DNA from: Styela clava
Lineage: Eukaryota
Length of the DNA: 64,000 bases
Direction: 5' to 3'
Assembly (NCBI RefSeq): GCF_964204865.1
Contig: NC_135252.1
Location: 15,810,001 to 15,874,000 of the forward strand
This document shows positions 1-14,772 of the stretch, piece by piece (the first letter of the stretch is position 1; each line of letters starts with the position of its first letter). The notes under the pieces are model-generated. The model did no database searches, was not told the origin of the DNA, and saw nothing but the letters and a program-made list of their open reading frames with translations. Position numbers and translations under genes: made by a program.

Positions 1-36
1 TGTTTAGATTTAGATAGTGCTCCAGGTCCATTTTTT

Positions 37-141
37 GCGCTCCAGAAGTATGTGCACCAAGATGGCGCACAACCTGATAACCCTAACGTGGCACACATGC
101 TATGTTCGGGTTGTGCGCCATCTCGGTGCACATATGTTTGG
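37..141. mobile_element. Short palindromic MITE, family A
   Basis: Arms TATGTGCACCAAGATGGCGCACAACC and GGTTGTGCGCCATCTCGGTGCACATA are inverted around TAACCCTAAC; same terminal motif as the copies at 13762, 27762 and 56377. Confidence 0.7.
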
Positions 142-1214
142 CTGTACAGTTCTGATAATTACAAAAATCTGATTTTCTTAAAACATTGAAATGTTGGTTC
201 TACTGAGGCGAATATATTATGTAGGCCACGCATGGCATTTTTGTTTAAAACATTAATACTGGAGATTATATATATTCATCATGATTTTATGTATAGTTTT
301 TTCCATACGTCGATCTGCAACAGAAAACGTTTCAGTAAAAGTGACTTCTCCTAATTTTACCGTGTAGACTGTGAGAATAAGTAACCGATTATTATCAAGC
401 AAAGGGGGGAAACGGGAAGGAACAATTCGTATTGGCTTTATCGAGAAAAATGCCAGAGCGTAATTATTCGTTAATGAATGGTATAGAAATGAAGCAGGGT
501 CGTCGTTTCTCTACTCAATCATGGAAATACATATTTTGTTTAGAATGACAAGATATTTTCTATTTATCATAGCTCATTTTTTGTGTTTTGATGAGATGCT
601 TGATTTGTTTAAATATTAAAAGACATGGTCCATTTACGATGAAATGCAATTAAATTGCGTATATTTTGAAAAACCGAAGGCCAGCATCGAGAACATAACA
701 GAAACAATAAGATTAGAATCTAATTACCGCATCTACGCATACATGACAAGCGTAGAGTTTCACAAACCTTTTGCTTGAGGCTATTATTGGTTTCTCTCAT
801 AGAAGGTTCAAGCCAGTGAGGCAAATTTTGACCTTCTGAAATGACAACAGCAAGAGCAGATTGTATTAAGTTTTGATAAAAAGAAAATTAAGCTGATATT
901 TAATCAGTATTAAGGTTGTGAATATACTTTCAACATAGAACAAAACAAGGACCTAATGGGAACTATAAGCATGCAGAGAATAGTTTTGGAAGATATAAGT
1001 ACGCATTTTAATGTCATATCACATTGATAATAATAACATATCGTAAGAGGATTGCCACAGTGCGGATACAGGTTTCAATAGTATTACTACAAAGTAAGGT
1101 GCATGTGGCATAAATGACCGTGTTCCATATTGCTAAATACATACTATTTACACATTTTCAAAAGGTAATAAAAACTAGAAAATTTATATAATTGTATATC
1201 TTAATAAGTGAAAA

Positions 1215-3243
1215 ATGAATATTGTCACCCTGTGCAGCGTGATTTTTTTAATTGTATCATGCGAGGCTTTTTGTCCCGCGTCAGAGAGTGGAGATTTACC
1301 AGCGGGTATTTCTGAAGAGGATTTTATCGATCCCGATGACACTATATCGTATGATGAGGAATCTCCTGAGTTGCCAGAAGGTCTGCAGGAAGCCTATGAA
1401 ATGCACGGTGAAAATGCAGGGGGTGAACCAGTCGAAGACGATGACGTATTAAAAATGAGCAAGGTAATATAATTTCCACATCGATTTATGCCAAGAAAGA
1501 AAGAACATTTTGGTTTGACTGCTTGACAAATAATTAGAATAATAGTCTCAAATTTGCACATGTGGTGTATAAAAATTATAAAAGCAGTGTGTGGACTAGA
1601 TTACCAAATTGACGTTTCACCTGGATTTGAGGCAGTCAACATAATAATTAAATAAACAAAATGTATCACAGACCGGCATCAGTATTTTAAAAGACTTTTT
1701 TTTAAATCAAAATTCTATAAGCAATTAATTACAGTGTTTAAAACATTTGGATTGATGCATTTCCTGCTCTATTTTTTAAACCTCCAAGCGCAGTCTGATG
1801 AACTTTATTAATTTTTTTTTCATTTTTCAGTCAATGCAGGAAATCGTCGATGCAAGTGAGTTAATTTCATTATTCTATGAGATCTGAAGTATCTAATATT
1901 TGTATTCAATGTCAGATAAAGAAACTTTTTGATATTAAATTTCTTTAACCCGTAGCTGTAGGGCATGGTACAACATATTCTACTGTTAATAATGCTTGTA
2001 TCCGGTTACTATATCGCCACGTAATGACATATAGCCTACAAATGGGTAGAATAATACTTAACAAAAGTTATATCTTCTGTCCTACTTACAATATTCAACT
2101 TATCAAATAGGATCTTTAAATTATACGATTTGTTTTGTAATTAATGATCATAAAAATTTATTTTCAAAGATTCAGTTTCTATAATATATATAATGCAAAT
2201 TATTTTCAACAGCCATGAAAAACGGTTTTTCAAAGTTATTCAAAAAAAGGACAGACAAAAGAGCCACAGCTATGGAACTCCTGCAATATACATCACATAA
2301 TACAAACATTGAACCCTCATATCTGTCAGGTGTTTTCATTAGTGCCACCAAAGTCGACAGTCAAAAAGGTAATGTTATAAAAGTAAAAAATTTACAACGT
2401 TTTCCAGGTTACGTTTATTTCAATGAAACGAATACTGAAGATGGTGAATTCAACTATAACATTGACTGTGATTTTGGCGTGAAAATATCTAGGATAGGCA
2501 ACTGAATCTATTATTAAAATGGCTGAATACCAATTTCAATATCATTTCCTAAAATTTTGATACTTTTTATATCAATAAGTTACTTCCTCTACAAAACTTG
2601 CAGCTGAAGGATCATTGAAATCAGTATGTAATTTTAAACCCCACTTCATTCATAATTGTGCTTTCGTCTAATATCCAATCTTTGAACCGCCACTTGCAAA
2701 TCAATATCCGTTCAAACGATGTCACAGAGAATATATATGAATCGGCAAAAAGCATTCATTTGTTATACCATGCCAAAAGACTGGTAGAAAACAATGGTTT
2801 ATCTCATAGCAATGCATTAAAACGCTATATTTTATTGTTAAGATTTGGAAGAAAAAATGTATGTTGAAGAAAAAGCACTAAAAATATTGTCTAAAGTTTT
2901 GCAACATTTTCAAAGGTAAAATTTAAAGAGTCGATTTTGGAAAACTTGCAAATAAATATTCAGAAGAAGCTTATGATGATTATGATGAAACTTAAATATC
3001 ATTAATCGTGTTTAAACTTTCAGTAAAGTTACTTTTTACGTACATTAATCTTTTGTAAACTTTCGTCGAGTTTTTGATTAAATTAAAATTAATGTTGTTT
3101 TTAGCAATCCTTTAGCAGGAAGACCCAAAGAAGAGTTGGAAGAAGCTAACAACGGGGATACAGAAAGTAAAGAAGATAGAAAGCTAGAAGACATACAACA
3201 AGAACGTAGTTCCAAAGAAGACGAAAGCAAAGAGGAGCTTTGA
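1215..3243 (+). CDS. ER-lumenal orphan family protein, paralog 1 (213 aa; signal peptide, acidic N-region, C-terminal KEEL)
   Basis: Exons 1215-1463, 1831-1855, 2213-2368, 2843-2915, 3105-3243 join via GT-AG introns into an open frame. It begins MNIVTLCSVIFLIVSCEA-FCPASESG, the core reads SMQEIVDATMKNGFSKLF...LSKVLQHFQ, and it ends SSKEDESKEEL*. AATAAA at 3276. Exon sizes and phases match the other three paralogs. Confidence 0.9.
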
Positions 3244-5631
3244 AGCAACATTATATATCTCTCAAAACAAACATAAATAAAATATACCAGAGCATATAGT
3301 CAAGCCTTAGGTTAATGTTGTTTCTTGATAATTACATTAAATCCATCATCATTATCAATGCAATGATCGACCAAACTGCCTTTTGGTATAAAATTTTGCT
3401 TTCGTGCAAATACGAGATGGGTTTCTGAAGATATTTTGAATAATAGTCATCGCTGTGGAGGCTCGAGGCGAGCTCGAACTACCAGGATCTAGTCAGGTCA
3501 AGGGCGAAATCTTCTCGATGACTTCTTGTCACTTACTGTCGCTGGCCACATTAGCATGTATGAAACAGGAATGTTTCTTTAGACGCTAAACCTTCATAAT
3601 TGAAATTTTGCTTAGTGGCTATACAGCGGCACATTGCTGATATTTTTAGGGATTTTAGGATTGAATTTACACCATTTCTCCGAGCATGACTTTGAGGTGG
3701 ATATTTAGTTATACCCAGGGGAATGAAAAGGATTGAATGTTGTCATGACCAAACTTTCTCCGATTTGAGTTTAAACAAACAATTATCCTGTAAAAGAGTC
3801 GCCCGAATCAAATTCATGATCGGTAACCCACGAAACCGATAAATGTAGACCCGATCCCTGACATTACAGTATGTGACAGAGACAGCAAACAATAATTATT
3901 GAATAGGAATTACAATCTTGATTCTCTTTGTAAATTGCTATCAAATTAAAATTTCGTAATCGTAATTTACATATTTTTCGCATTTGTGGCCCCAAAACCT
4001 AATAGAAACTCAACTATTTTCAAACTGCCCTTGTAAATGAAATACCTTTTTTACGTACTCGAGATGAGTTGAATTCAGAACTGCAAAAGAGAGTGAATGT
4101 AACAATAATATGATACTTGAGCATATATCACACCGATAAGGTTGGTAACGCGTTGTACATATACAGTCGAAAATGTGCATATACATCCAACTAATTTGGA
4201 CTGACATGCATATATAACCAAGGCCATATCCATTCAACACAATATACATATACAGTCAATAAACAACGGATATATCCGATCCGATCTATTATTCAAAGAA
4301 ATTTAAATCAAATCCTTGCACGGCCGCGTGTATGATATCAGAGAGTTACCTATTCGCTTCGGGAGGCATCGCGGGAGTGAGACATAAAACATTTTGTTAG
4401 AGCGAGTTTTCTTTCTTTCGTTCAAAATAAATTTTCATAATGGTTAATGATAATAATATGATAGATGACATATCACAATTTTATATATTGTTATAACCAA
4501 AACAAAAATCAGAGGTTGCCTCATGCAGATTAATGCATCCAAGGTTTCATGGATATATGCTGTATTGGCTGATTTATGATGTCATAATACTTGGCTACAG
4601 CTGATCACGGGCCAATATCGTTAGGTTATACTTTGAGAACGCCTAGGCCAGTGGTTCCCATCATTTCGTGGCTCGTGGATCCCTTCCGGAGGCTTTTTAG
4701 AACTCATGGCCCCTAATGCCATCATTTTATTTCCATTGATATATATATATATCCGTAAAAAAGCTACAAATTTCGATTCTCATTAGCCCGAAAAGTTTAT
4801 TTCTCTAAGTTTAAGAACAAATAAGCAAAAGAACATAATAGTATATAACATAAGTTATCAAGTGCATTGCGCTCACCTGCATATTGTTTCAAAAGCAACA
4901 ATATCATCGAGTAGACTAAGTACAGCCTACAACAGAAAGCAACCAGCATGCCATCACGCGATTCCGCGACTGACAAAGTATGACACAACTGAAATGCTTG
5001 CTTTCCGTGCACACTAATAATGAATCAAGTAAATTAGATAATGGCCCACTCCCGCTATTCTTCGCGGAGCGCCTAGGCACCGCTTTGATATTAAACATGC
5101 GGTCATGTATGAATTTGGTTTAATGAATTGATCCTTTGTTTAATGGCTGTATATGTATATTGTGTTGGATGATTATGACATTGGTTATATATGCATATGA
5201 TATCTGACTACTATGTTTGAGTGATGGATTCTATGTTTTCAGTAATTCATGCATTTGGAGGACCCATCACAAAAAAGTCACATACAATTGCGTATCTTCC
5301 AAGTATTCGGGATTCGATTCTGAAATCATCAGGTATTTGAAAAATCCCATCCCTAGATGACCTACCTACCTATTAGTATATCGCAGAATAAAGATCAGCC
5401 GCCTTGTCTTTGTTTTTTTGACGATTGAAAAATATAATTGCCCCTGATTCACAAGAGGATTGTCGAGTCGGGTGCGTTCAGTCAAAGAGTTATGTTTTTG
5501 ATACCAATTACAAAAATAATAGACAAATAATATTGTGCGCAAACACCTATTACGTAAACACTTACTTGAATTTATGTCTGTATTGAATTATTGAGTAAAT
5601 ATAATTATACGATTGGTGGAATATATTCTTT

Positions 5632-6505
5632 CTGAGGATGGCCAAACATGGGTCGCGGAAGGTTTAAAAATGGGTCGCGACAAGGTCGTCAATGCAAGGG
5701 CAATCTAAGAGGAGAAGGAAGAATTTTCAGCTTTCCCAATGTTTCAATTTAGCTTCTAAACTCTGGTATTTAAAAATAATGAAATGTAAAATTTCATTCA
5801 CGGAAAGAACTGTCTTGAGCTCATTGTTACATCACAATTCTGATATGCCAGTCACGTGTATTATTTTTATGGTATCGGTAACCATGCACGTCGCTTGTCG
5901 TTGTGTTGACTGCGTGGAATGTCGTCTTAGTGGATTAAAATAACCAAAAATGGGTGTATTTTTGGTAATGTAAATTGTAATAGACGACGCAATGAAAAAG
6001 CTCGCTTCTCGACATTAGATTATTCAATATCTAGAGAAAATGTGACTTCATCTCGAGGCACCATTTACCGCAAACGAAGCAGTGTGTGAACATTTGATGA
6101 GTAAAAAGTTTTATATTGCGAGAGATACCGAAGGCCAGCTAGGATGTCGTGTTTGCGACGGACAGCGGGCGCCTTTTCTGCTACAATTCGCGACAAGGCA
6201 CTTGTGCGAGCGAGGATATTTGGCACTGAAGGTTATCAAAACTAAGCTCGCAATCGCCTCGATACCCGTGACAACTTGCGTATTGCGTTAAGTAAAATAG
6301 AGCTGTGTATTGAAGATATAATGAAAAGGAAATTTCAGTTTCATCAATCTCACTGAGTCAATGGACTGTTTCTAATAAATAGTTGTCTGTATTTGAGTCA
6401 AACTGTACTAACATTAAAAACACATTTTGCGTTATTTAGGATTGGGTCGCTAGTATTCATAAAACTCAGATTTGGGTCGCGCTCGAGAAAGTTTAAGAAC
6501 TACTG
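5632..6505. mobile_element. Decayed non-autonomous hAT-like element
   Basis: Degenerate termini CTGAGGATGGCCAAAC ... GTTTAAGAACTACTG with repeated subterminal TGGGTCGC motifs at both ends; no TSD recognisable. Confidence 0.45.
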
Positions 6506-8363
6506 AACTATACGATTAATATACCCAAAGTTAAAACGGTGTGAAAAAATACGTAAGTCACGATTGCAAGAAGTGTTTGGCCTGCACTCGGTTGTATGAT
6601 TTGATCTGCGTGCTTTATGAAATGTTCAACAATAATTTAAGGTTGATTTGTTTTCACTGCTTAATTATCCAGGAGAGCACCTGTCACAATGATGTTGTCA
6701 AGTCAAGTTTTTATCATTCTTTACAGCACTCTGAATTGATATACCACCATACCAGAGCATTTCCGACTCGGTTTGGATGACAACCATGTTATATTGCTTT
6801 TCTTCGTCACAGCAGGATATGGCAGATATTCAAACAAGTATGGTTTGCAAGGGTGGCCATTGTACCCCAATAAAATTAACCGCTAATATGACCATACTTA
6901 AAGTTTATCGTTAATAATAATATTAGAAAATGATGTCATCATTATGATGATATTATTATGATCATTATCGCCTGGTTATCAATAGGGAAATCGGCGAGTC
7001 GCACGCATAAAATGTAATATATAAATGAGCATAGTACACGTGAATTAAAATGTCTCTTTGCCTCTTTCTGATAATTAAGAACGAATATTGTTTAAGTTAA
7101 AGAAATTCTACTTGAGACTTACGTTCTTATTTTAAAGAGATTATACTTCAACCTACTATCCGGACATCATTTTGCTTTAGACGTTTTCATCGTAGGACCA
7201 AACAAACCAGATGGGTTCAATGTACCGCATTTTTGTGTACGTGCACCAGATTATATCGATACATTGCCAGCGTGAAAATAAGTTAATTTAACTGAATTTT
7301 CTCATTTATTTTTTTGCCGGAAAATAAATTATCAAGCTAATCCTGTTTTTTCGAATACCGGCAATTGAACTTACTCACAGTGTTGAAAATATTGTGAAAT
7401 AAACAGTATATATATTATTTTAACATAACATTTCGTTAACGATTTTTCTTGTGAATGATAATATTGGTGAACGTGGCTGCTATGGCATGATATATGATTT
7501 ATAAACTAGTTGTAGATGGATGTGATATTTTTTATAAAGTATGTTATTATTAAAACGGCAAACGATTCAGAATAACACAAACATTGTGGTCAAAGCTTAA
7601 TCATCACACTTTCACAAAATATAGGACACGTGCAAAATCCGATGAAACTTTCTGCTTTAGGCTACTATTAACTTGTTGTGTCGTTAAAGACACATATAGA
7701 GACGCGTCATCGTTTTAATTTGTCTAAAACAGCAGCAACAACATGAACTAAAAACTCGACGATTGCAGATAACGACAGAATTCAGGACGTTAAGCTGTTG
7801 CTTTAGCATTAGATTCTTAGTATTTTGATCAACAGAAAGTTAGAGTTTTGCTAAAACTGCAGTAAATAAACTGAAACAAATTTCATTTTATTATTTCGCA
7901 CGTAAGATCGAATATTTAGAAAAGCATTCGCTCCAATATAGTATGAAAGAGAAGGATCAGTCAAGGTTACGAAGCATCAGTGCAGGTTCATGAAAGAAGA
8001 TACAAACCCTGTTTTAGCATTGGTGTATGCATAAACGTGGTTTTGTTATTTTCCTTGTGAACTAACTTGTTTTGCCCCAAGCCTAATCCTTACAATTTCG
8101 AACACGTTTATCTCGGCATAAGATAATTATTATTAGTCAGGTACAAACTGTGAGTTAAAATGGTATCACGTTTTCAAAATTTGGTAAAAAATTTAGGACA
8201 TATAATACTGTAAATGTAGTACATTTTACACGTGAATCGCATTTGAACGATATTCTGTAGCATTCGAGCACCGACTATATTTAACTAATATATATTTTAC
8301 ACATATTGCACAAATAAGCAAAAGCCATTAGAAACAAATCATCAAATTATAAATAGTACAACA

Positions 8364-10561
8364 ATGAAGACCAATATTCTGTGTTGCATCGTTTTTCTCT
8401 TTGTCACGTGCCATGCTTACTGTCCTGCGGAGCATACTGGAGAGTTACCACCAGGTGTTACTGAAGACGATCTGTTGGATCCCAACGTCGGAGTCGCATA
8501 TAACGAGGATTCTCCAGACCTACCGGAAGAATTGAGAAATGCCATTACACTAGATGAATTGGATGATTTAGAACCCCCATCCATAAGCGGGGATATTTTA
8601 GAGAACAGCAAAGTAACCTAGGCTACTTGCTTTTATATATAGGAATGATTCAAAATAATTTTACAAAACTGCACAATAATTGCGTATAAAAATGATTAGT
8701 ATTATTTTTAGAAATTTTTATCGTAATTAACGACAAATAAATATGCGGTATGTGTAGAAATTACAATAGTATATGTTTGCCAGAAACGTTTCTAAATTAA
8801 AACAAAGCCTTTAAATGGAAAAACTAAACTAACAGTGATAATTTGTCTAGCATTCGCATCGAACATCAAAATATTTATGCAAAGTTTTGTGCTGATACTG
8901 TTTTTAGTATTAGCTCGAGGCAAGGTAACAAAAAATTACACAGAAAGAAATACCGAAATGATGACCACAGTCCACGGAACTAAATTATCGAGTTATTCCT
9001 TGAAATTTTCGCATTCCAGTAATATATGGTCCCTACAGAGATAGCTTGATTAGGCAAAAATAAAACAAAATGTTAGGAGTTAAAATGACCATGTCATATA
9101 ATTCTCATCATCAATACTCAATGATTTTAATTTTATTTTACAGTCGATGCAAGAAATCATGGATGCAAGTAAGTTAATTTTTCAAAGAGCCGCATGTGAC
9201 TAATATAATGATACAGCGATTTTAGCCTTTCCAGATTGTTAAACTTTCGAAAATTTTGCAAGGTTGTTGCATTGCATATAGTTATATATTTTGTTTTATT
9301 TGGTCTTGACGTACCTAAAATCATATTAGTCATAGATAAGCATTGAACTAGAATTTTTATAATACTCCAATCACCATATGTCGATACATTATCCGAATTA
9401 TTTTAACAGCAACGAGCAAAGAATTCTTAGAATTATTTGGTGTAACACACGACCAGAAAGTACCAGCTATGGAACTCTTGAAATTTGTATTGGAACATAC
9501 AAAAATTATACCTGGATACCTGACAAATGTTTTTTCAGAAGTTACCAAAGTGAACAGTCAAACAGGTAAATTTATTGAAACATCCGCATGTTACGTTGTT
9601 GACATTTCATTTTATCATTCAATACACTAAACGTACCGATGAATAGATTTGCTAAATGTCTCTGGAGATGAAAGAAATCTTCACTACTACTGGAACAAAG
9701 CTTTAAATTATTCAATCGCCAAAGAGTGTGCAGTGTCCGATATGGTATTAATTTTGTCAACTATATATAGTCTCCTTGGGGCAATTTAAATTTTTCTACT
9801 TATGAAACACTGCGCCATCGCGTGGCAATTTAACACTTTCAAATATTTTCTCATTTGTTCCCCAAACCATCCATTTAAATTGCTTCGAATGAATTTATTC
9901 AGAATTTGAAGAAAAAATGTACGATGAAAATGGAGCAATGATATTGATGTCTAATGTTTTGAATCATTTCCAACAGTAAGTTGTTATTTGCGTGAAGATA
10001 GTAATAGATCTATAAAAACGGACAACGATAAAACAAAAATATGGCCAAAAAGTTTATTGTTAGTTCTTCATTTGTTGTTTTTCGACAAATGCTGCATCCA
10101 CAATGTTTGCTGAAGAACGTCGAAGGCAAAAACAAAACTGAATACGTTAAATCACCTCGCACATATTTTATATATATGTATATCTCTAGATACGGGCAGA
10201 CTTACATAGGGTAATAATAATTGCTGCCATTTCGCTATACGTCAACTGATACATAACTAATTTATTTGGCACATAATGATAAGCAAGTGAAAATCAATTG
10301 CTATAAACAGCAACCATGGAACAAAGCAGAAAGACATTTCTTTTATTTTTTCTTGTAAATCTCTTCACCGTTACGTTATTATTAAGAAATCCCTATGGCG
10401 GAAGACCCAAGTCTGAAGATTTAGGTGTAGAGGAAAAGACCAAAAAAGAAGGAGAAGCTAAAAACAAGAAAGCATTAGAAGATGAACCCAAATCGACTAA
10501 AAAAGACGAACCGGAACAAGAGCAAAAGGCTGGAGAAAAACAAAGCAGAATCGAGCTTTGA
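8364..10561 (+). CDS. ER-lumenal orphan family protein, paralog 2 (225 aa; signal peptide, acidic N-region, C-terminal RIEL)
   Basis: Exons 8364-8612, 9144-9168, 9410-9565, 9903-9975, 10387-10561; the first four are the same sizes as in paralog 1 (249/25/156/73). It begins MKTNILCCIVFLFVTCHA-YCPAEHTG, the core reads SMQEIMDATTSKEFLELF...MSNVLNHFQ, and it ends EKQSRIEL*. AATAAA at 10634. Confidence 0.9.
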
Positions 10562-11830
10562 TAAATGACATCTTGTTATGTGCCGCCACAATCAACTATA
10601 TTACTGACTCCTGGATCTGAAAAGAATAGACTCAATAAAATTAGACAACGCAAATACTGATATTATACTTACTTGAATTTACCTATTTCAGCAAAGAGTT
10701 TCGTGTGTGTGTGTGTTTTTCATTTGCAAAGCATGCCATGTGTCTTGATGCTTAACCGTTGATCAGTTTAGACTGATCGACGACCAACTATTTACTGAGG
10801 CCCCTAGAATGGAGTAGGTTATTATTATTTTAATAAATATCAATTCATTGCATTCACGTGTAATATTACTTTATTTGGAAAACAACGCATCATGTGTTTG
10901 AACGAATTATCGAGAAAGAGATTGAGTAAACGCGACTCAATCAAAAGACTGCCTTTATAAAACTCAAATTAGCTTATTTCAGTATCTATTGATCCCATAC
11001 AAAAACGACAGTTTTTGACAAACTTCTTGTTCAGTCATGACCTATTTATTACCAGTAAGCTGAAGAAATTTTTCAGATTAGTTTCAGCTGGCATGGGAAA
11101 AAGCATTGAGTTACAAAGTAAGAAAAGTGTTAAAAAGCCATTCTGCCAGAGCTTTTCACCGAGATTAAATGTTGGCAATAACAACCTGAAAAAGAACGGT
11201 TTCATAGACGCCATGTACATACAGTGATTAATTAAACATTAGATAATAATACAATTTCAACAAGATATGCATGGCTTAAAAGGCGAAACTCGATATTCTG
11301 ATTAACGTATTGCGTTACGTCTATGTGCTACCGTATTTGCATAGTACTAATAAAAAAAAACAATGACTTGATTGGCGCCTTAGTGTCGATTTCAATAATT
11401 AGTGTTTGTTTGACATTAACGTAAAAAACGATGGGTGTAGAGTCATAGATACAGCATGCCAGTGTCGCAAAATCTAAGTTGTCTTCAGCGCCATTCTGCA
11501 TAAAATTGTTTCGCCGGATGTAAGTTTAACTTATACAATTGTACAGGTAACTTATACAGTTAACTGCTGCGTGCTACGTTGTTTGGAAAGTGACTTAGTT
11601 TTTCCCTGACTTACACGTGCTTCGAACTCGTTGTAACACGTCATCACTATACCGGCGTGCCGAAGCTAAAGTTCATTGCCTCAGGCAACAAGCAGCTGAA
11701 TCGAGTACTGGTGTAATCTTGACTGACAGCTTTAGTCTGATATAGCCAATATCAATTTACGTTATTTGAGAAATAGCTGCAAATACAGAAGATTTGTTGT
11801 TTATGCAAAGCTGTACCTTAGCTGTTGACC

Positions 11831-13185
11831 ATGAAATATATTGTTTTTACCGTTTATGTATTATTCTATTTATGTAATACGTCAGAAGCAGGCCCAGAAA
11901 CAAAAATAGTAAGTAATGCATATTAATTGCCCTTTTTCGCTTCATTATGTCTGTTGTTCATCAATTGAATTTATTTTATTCATATTTTTCAGTCACTCAA
12001 CGAATTTATAGATGCAAGTAAGTTATTTTTAACATAATTTACTATCACATTTCTCCAGCAAGTTTGCCTTTATTTATAAGATATATATGTACTGCTTGTT
12101 TGTAGGATGACAAAAGAAATTTTAAACGACAAAGTATAACCTCATTGAATTATCAATGTGGTATTTCAAAATACGGAGAGTGAAAGGCTCTTAGATTGTA
12201 GGGCATATACGAGATAAACAGGACCAAAGATATACTTAGTATATATACAAAAATAGGCCTATATCTTAACCTCTCTGCAGTGACCTGAACTGCATCATTG
12301 AGTTGAAGTGCTTCACTTATGTTCTTCCCGTTCACTTGTAACACATTTCTGTTTTTAATTAATATATTTAATTTTCTATAGCACTTTCCTCAAAATTTGA
12401 TGACAATTTCTTTGGAGAAGAAAAAGAAGCAACAGCTTTAGCTATTCTTGAATATTGCACAAAAGAAACTAACATAGATCCAGAATATCTTACTAATGTA
12501 TTCTATGAAGTCCTTGAAGTGGAATCAAAAGAAGGTAAAAAATACGAATCCTACATACTCCATAATTCTTGTTATGTTGTGGGTTGAAAGTTTTTGATAA
12601 TTTAAATAAAAGCTTTTGATGAAAACTAAACGGTGGTTATAACTACTCAGACGAAATATTTAGAAACGGCTATTTAGTCTTGATAAGTTGGCGGACACCA
12701 AAATATATTATCTGAATTGTCCGCAGATGCATGACTCTTCCCGAAATAAACATATATCACCCCCTAAACATTACTTTCAGAACCCAGCAAACAGCCAAAT
12801 TGTAATACTGCAAAACGGTATAGTATTCGGTAGATTTTCACAGTCCGTACTAGAACAAATTTTCTGTTTACCCCGTACAAAGCGTCTGTACCCTCAAAGC
12901 TATAACAACTGATAAATTGCTGATTTTTCAGAGCTGGAGGGAATCAAGTACAAATTAGAAAAAGCTGTCGATATTATGAACTTGGTGATCAAACATTTTC
13001 AAGGGTAAGTACATTGATTTTGCTATCACAAAATTTTGAAAGAGGTTACTTGTTTTTTATACATAATATTGGCAAACCCCACACCATAAATATTCATTCA
13101 TCGGTTTTATTTCAGAGCACCTAACGATGCTGGACGGCGGCCATCGGAAAAAACTAAAGAAGAAAAACAGAAAGACGAATTATAA
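11831..13185 (+). CDS. ER-lumenal orphan family protein, paralog 3 (132 aa; signal peptide, C-terminal KDEL)
   Basis: Exons 11831-11908, 11993-12017, 12382-12534, 12932-13004, 13116-13185. Translation MKYIVFTVYVLFYLCNTSEAGPETKISLNEFIDATLSSKFDDNFFGEEKEATALAILEYCTKETNIDPEYLTNVFYEVLEVESKEELEGIKYKLEKAVDIMNLVIKHFQGAPNDAGRRPSEKTKEEKQKDEL*. Absent from the ORF track. Confidence 0.9.
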
Positions 13186-13761
13186 TTGCACAAAACGTTT
13201 TATTATTCATAAAAGCACAACCATCTAGTGTCCGTTTATAAATAGTAGCTGTTTTTTTTTGTATTTTGTACTGCTGTACCAACTGGCTTTCGCTCATTAT
13301 TTCTACATAACAGATTTGTAAAAAGACTGAAATAACTAGCGCCAACGGCGACATGATAAGAATTTAAATCTCAAGAGTTTATTGGTAAATAGCATATATA
13401 TACTGTTGGAAGTATAATAATAATTTTTGTATACCTCAATTCAACCCCATATTTCCATGTGCAGTGTAATAAATAAACAAACAAAATGTATTATATGTTA
13501 TGATAGAGGTAGTATACCTTCGAACCGTAACACTGGCAAATATTTATATGTAGGGATAGATTAAGTTAGTAAGTAGTCAGTGGAACAGTTGGAGAGGAAA
13601 TAAATAGTAAATTCAGAGAATCCGAAGGAACAAACCTTCAATCAGATGTCTGTCATCTTCAAACACATTTCCAGCAGATGACAAGGCGTTTAAGAAAGAT
13701 AAACTAAGATTTTTCCAAGAAAATGCTCATATAGATATTACATAATACTTGGAAAAAGGAC

Positions 13762-13867
13762 CTCCTGAAGTATGCTCACCAAGATGGCGCACAACCTAAA
13801 CTCGGGTTGTGTACCAGGTTAGTGTTCAGGTTATGCGACATCTTGGTGCGCATACTTCAGGAGCACC
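13762..13867. mobile_element. Short palindromic MITE, family A
   Basis: CTCCTGAAGTATGCTCACCAAGATGGCGCACAACCT ... AGGTTATGCGACATCTTGGTGCGCATACTTCAGGAG inverted arms. Confidence 0.75.
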
Positions 13868-14772
13868 TAAAAAAAATATAGAATCAGATATACAATGTGC
13901 CTTACACAGTCTCTTCTCAGGGTCAAATGAGACTTTTTGCACACCCTGCAAACGACACCCAAATGTGATTGTGATGCTGATTGAGGGAATAGACTAAAAA
14001 ATCTTTTTGTTCACTTCCCTCTTTAAACGATATGGAATAACATGAATTTAGGACATTTCAATGACTATGTTTTCTTTGCATTTACCTGTTTTCGTTTCGT
14101 TTGTAAACACTGAACATGTCAAAATCGTCGTTGGAACTTGGGAAATTTGAAATAATAAAAATTAATGGGCACTGTTGCATTCGATTCTAAATAATAACGA
14201 AGATTTCATGTCAAGACTATGTGCTTGGAAAAATCTTTTTGCGCGATTTCTCGGTAATATATCCAAAAATACAGAAAAGACATAGAAGACTATTCTGTCG
14301 AATTGATTTTGAAGTTTTAGAATGACTTGAAAATAGTGAAACGATATACTTAAATCAGCTACTGCTGTTTTATTTCATTCCCTGTAGTCACGAACTTTGT
14401 AGTTACAAATACACCAATAAAATTGCCAATACTTTTTGGCACATTATTCAATAGATTATGCGATTTGTCTGATGTATGCGATTTAACAATTTGCAGAGTA
14501 CAGGGGCGACGCAATTGCACAGTGGAAGAAACTAGCCGTGGGCGGTGGTCATTACTACCAATTATCACCATTGTTCAAAACAAATTTATATTTCTAATCC
14601 CTGATCTTCTGTATAATAGATATTAAATTTTGAGCACTGCTTTTGTTGTTTTGGTCTGCATGCCTCGAGGCGTGATGCGGCCCAAAATCTGATGTGTCCA
14701 ACAGTATTGTAGCTTGAACCATGTTTTCACGTTAGTATTCGATTGATCAGTCTTGACAAATACCAGATAAGA

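Noticed and set aside
2215-2505. 96-aa ORF as a standalone gene
   Set aside because: Its first 52 codons are exon 3 of paralog 1; the rest is intron read-through past the donor at 2369.
10316-10561. 81-aa ORF with apparent signal/TM segment
   Set aside because: The hydrophobic part is the translated polypyrimidine tract of an intron; only 10387-10561 aligns with the family as the last exon of paralog 2.
13640-13740. FPADD-like motif, similar to 37360-37400 (FPAADDVKY), possibly LINE reverse-transcriptase debris
   Set aside because: Too short and degenerate; no other RT motifs could be traced.
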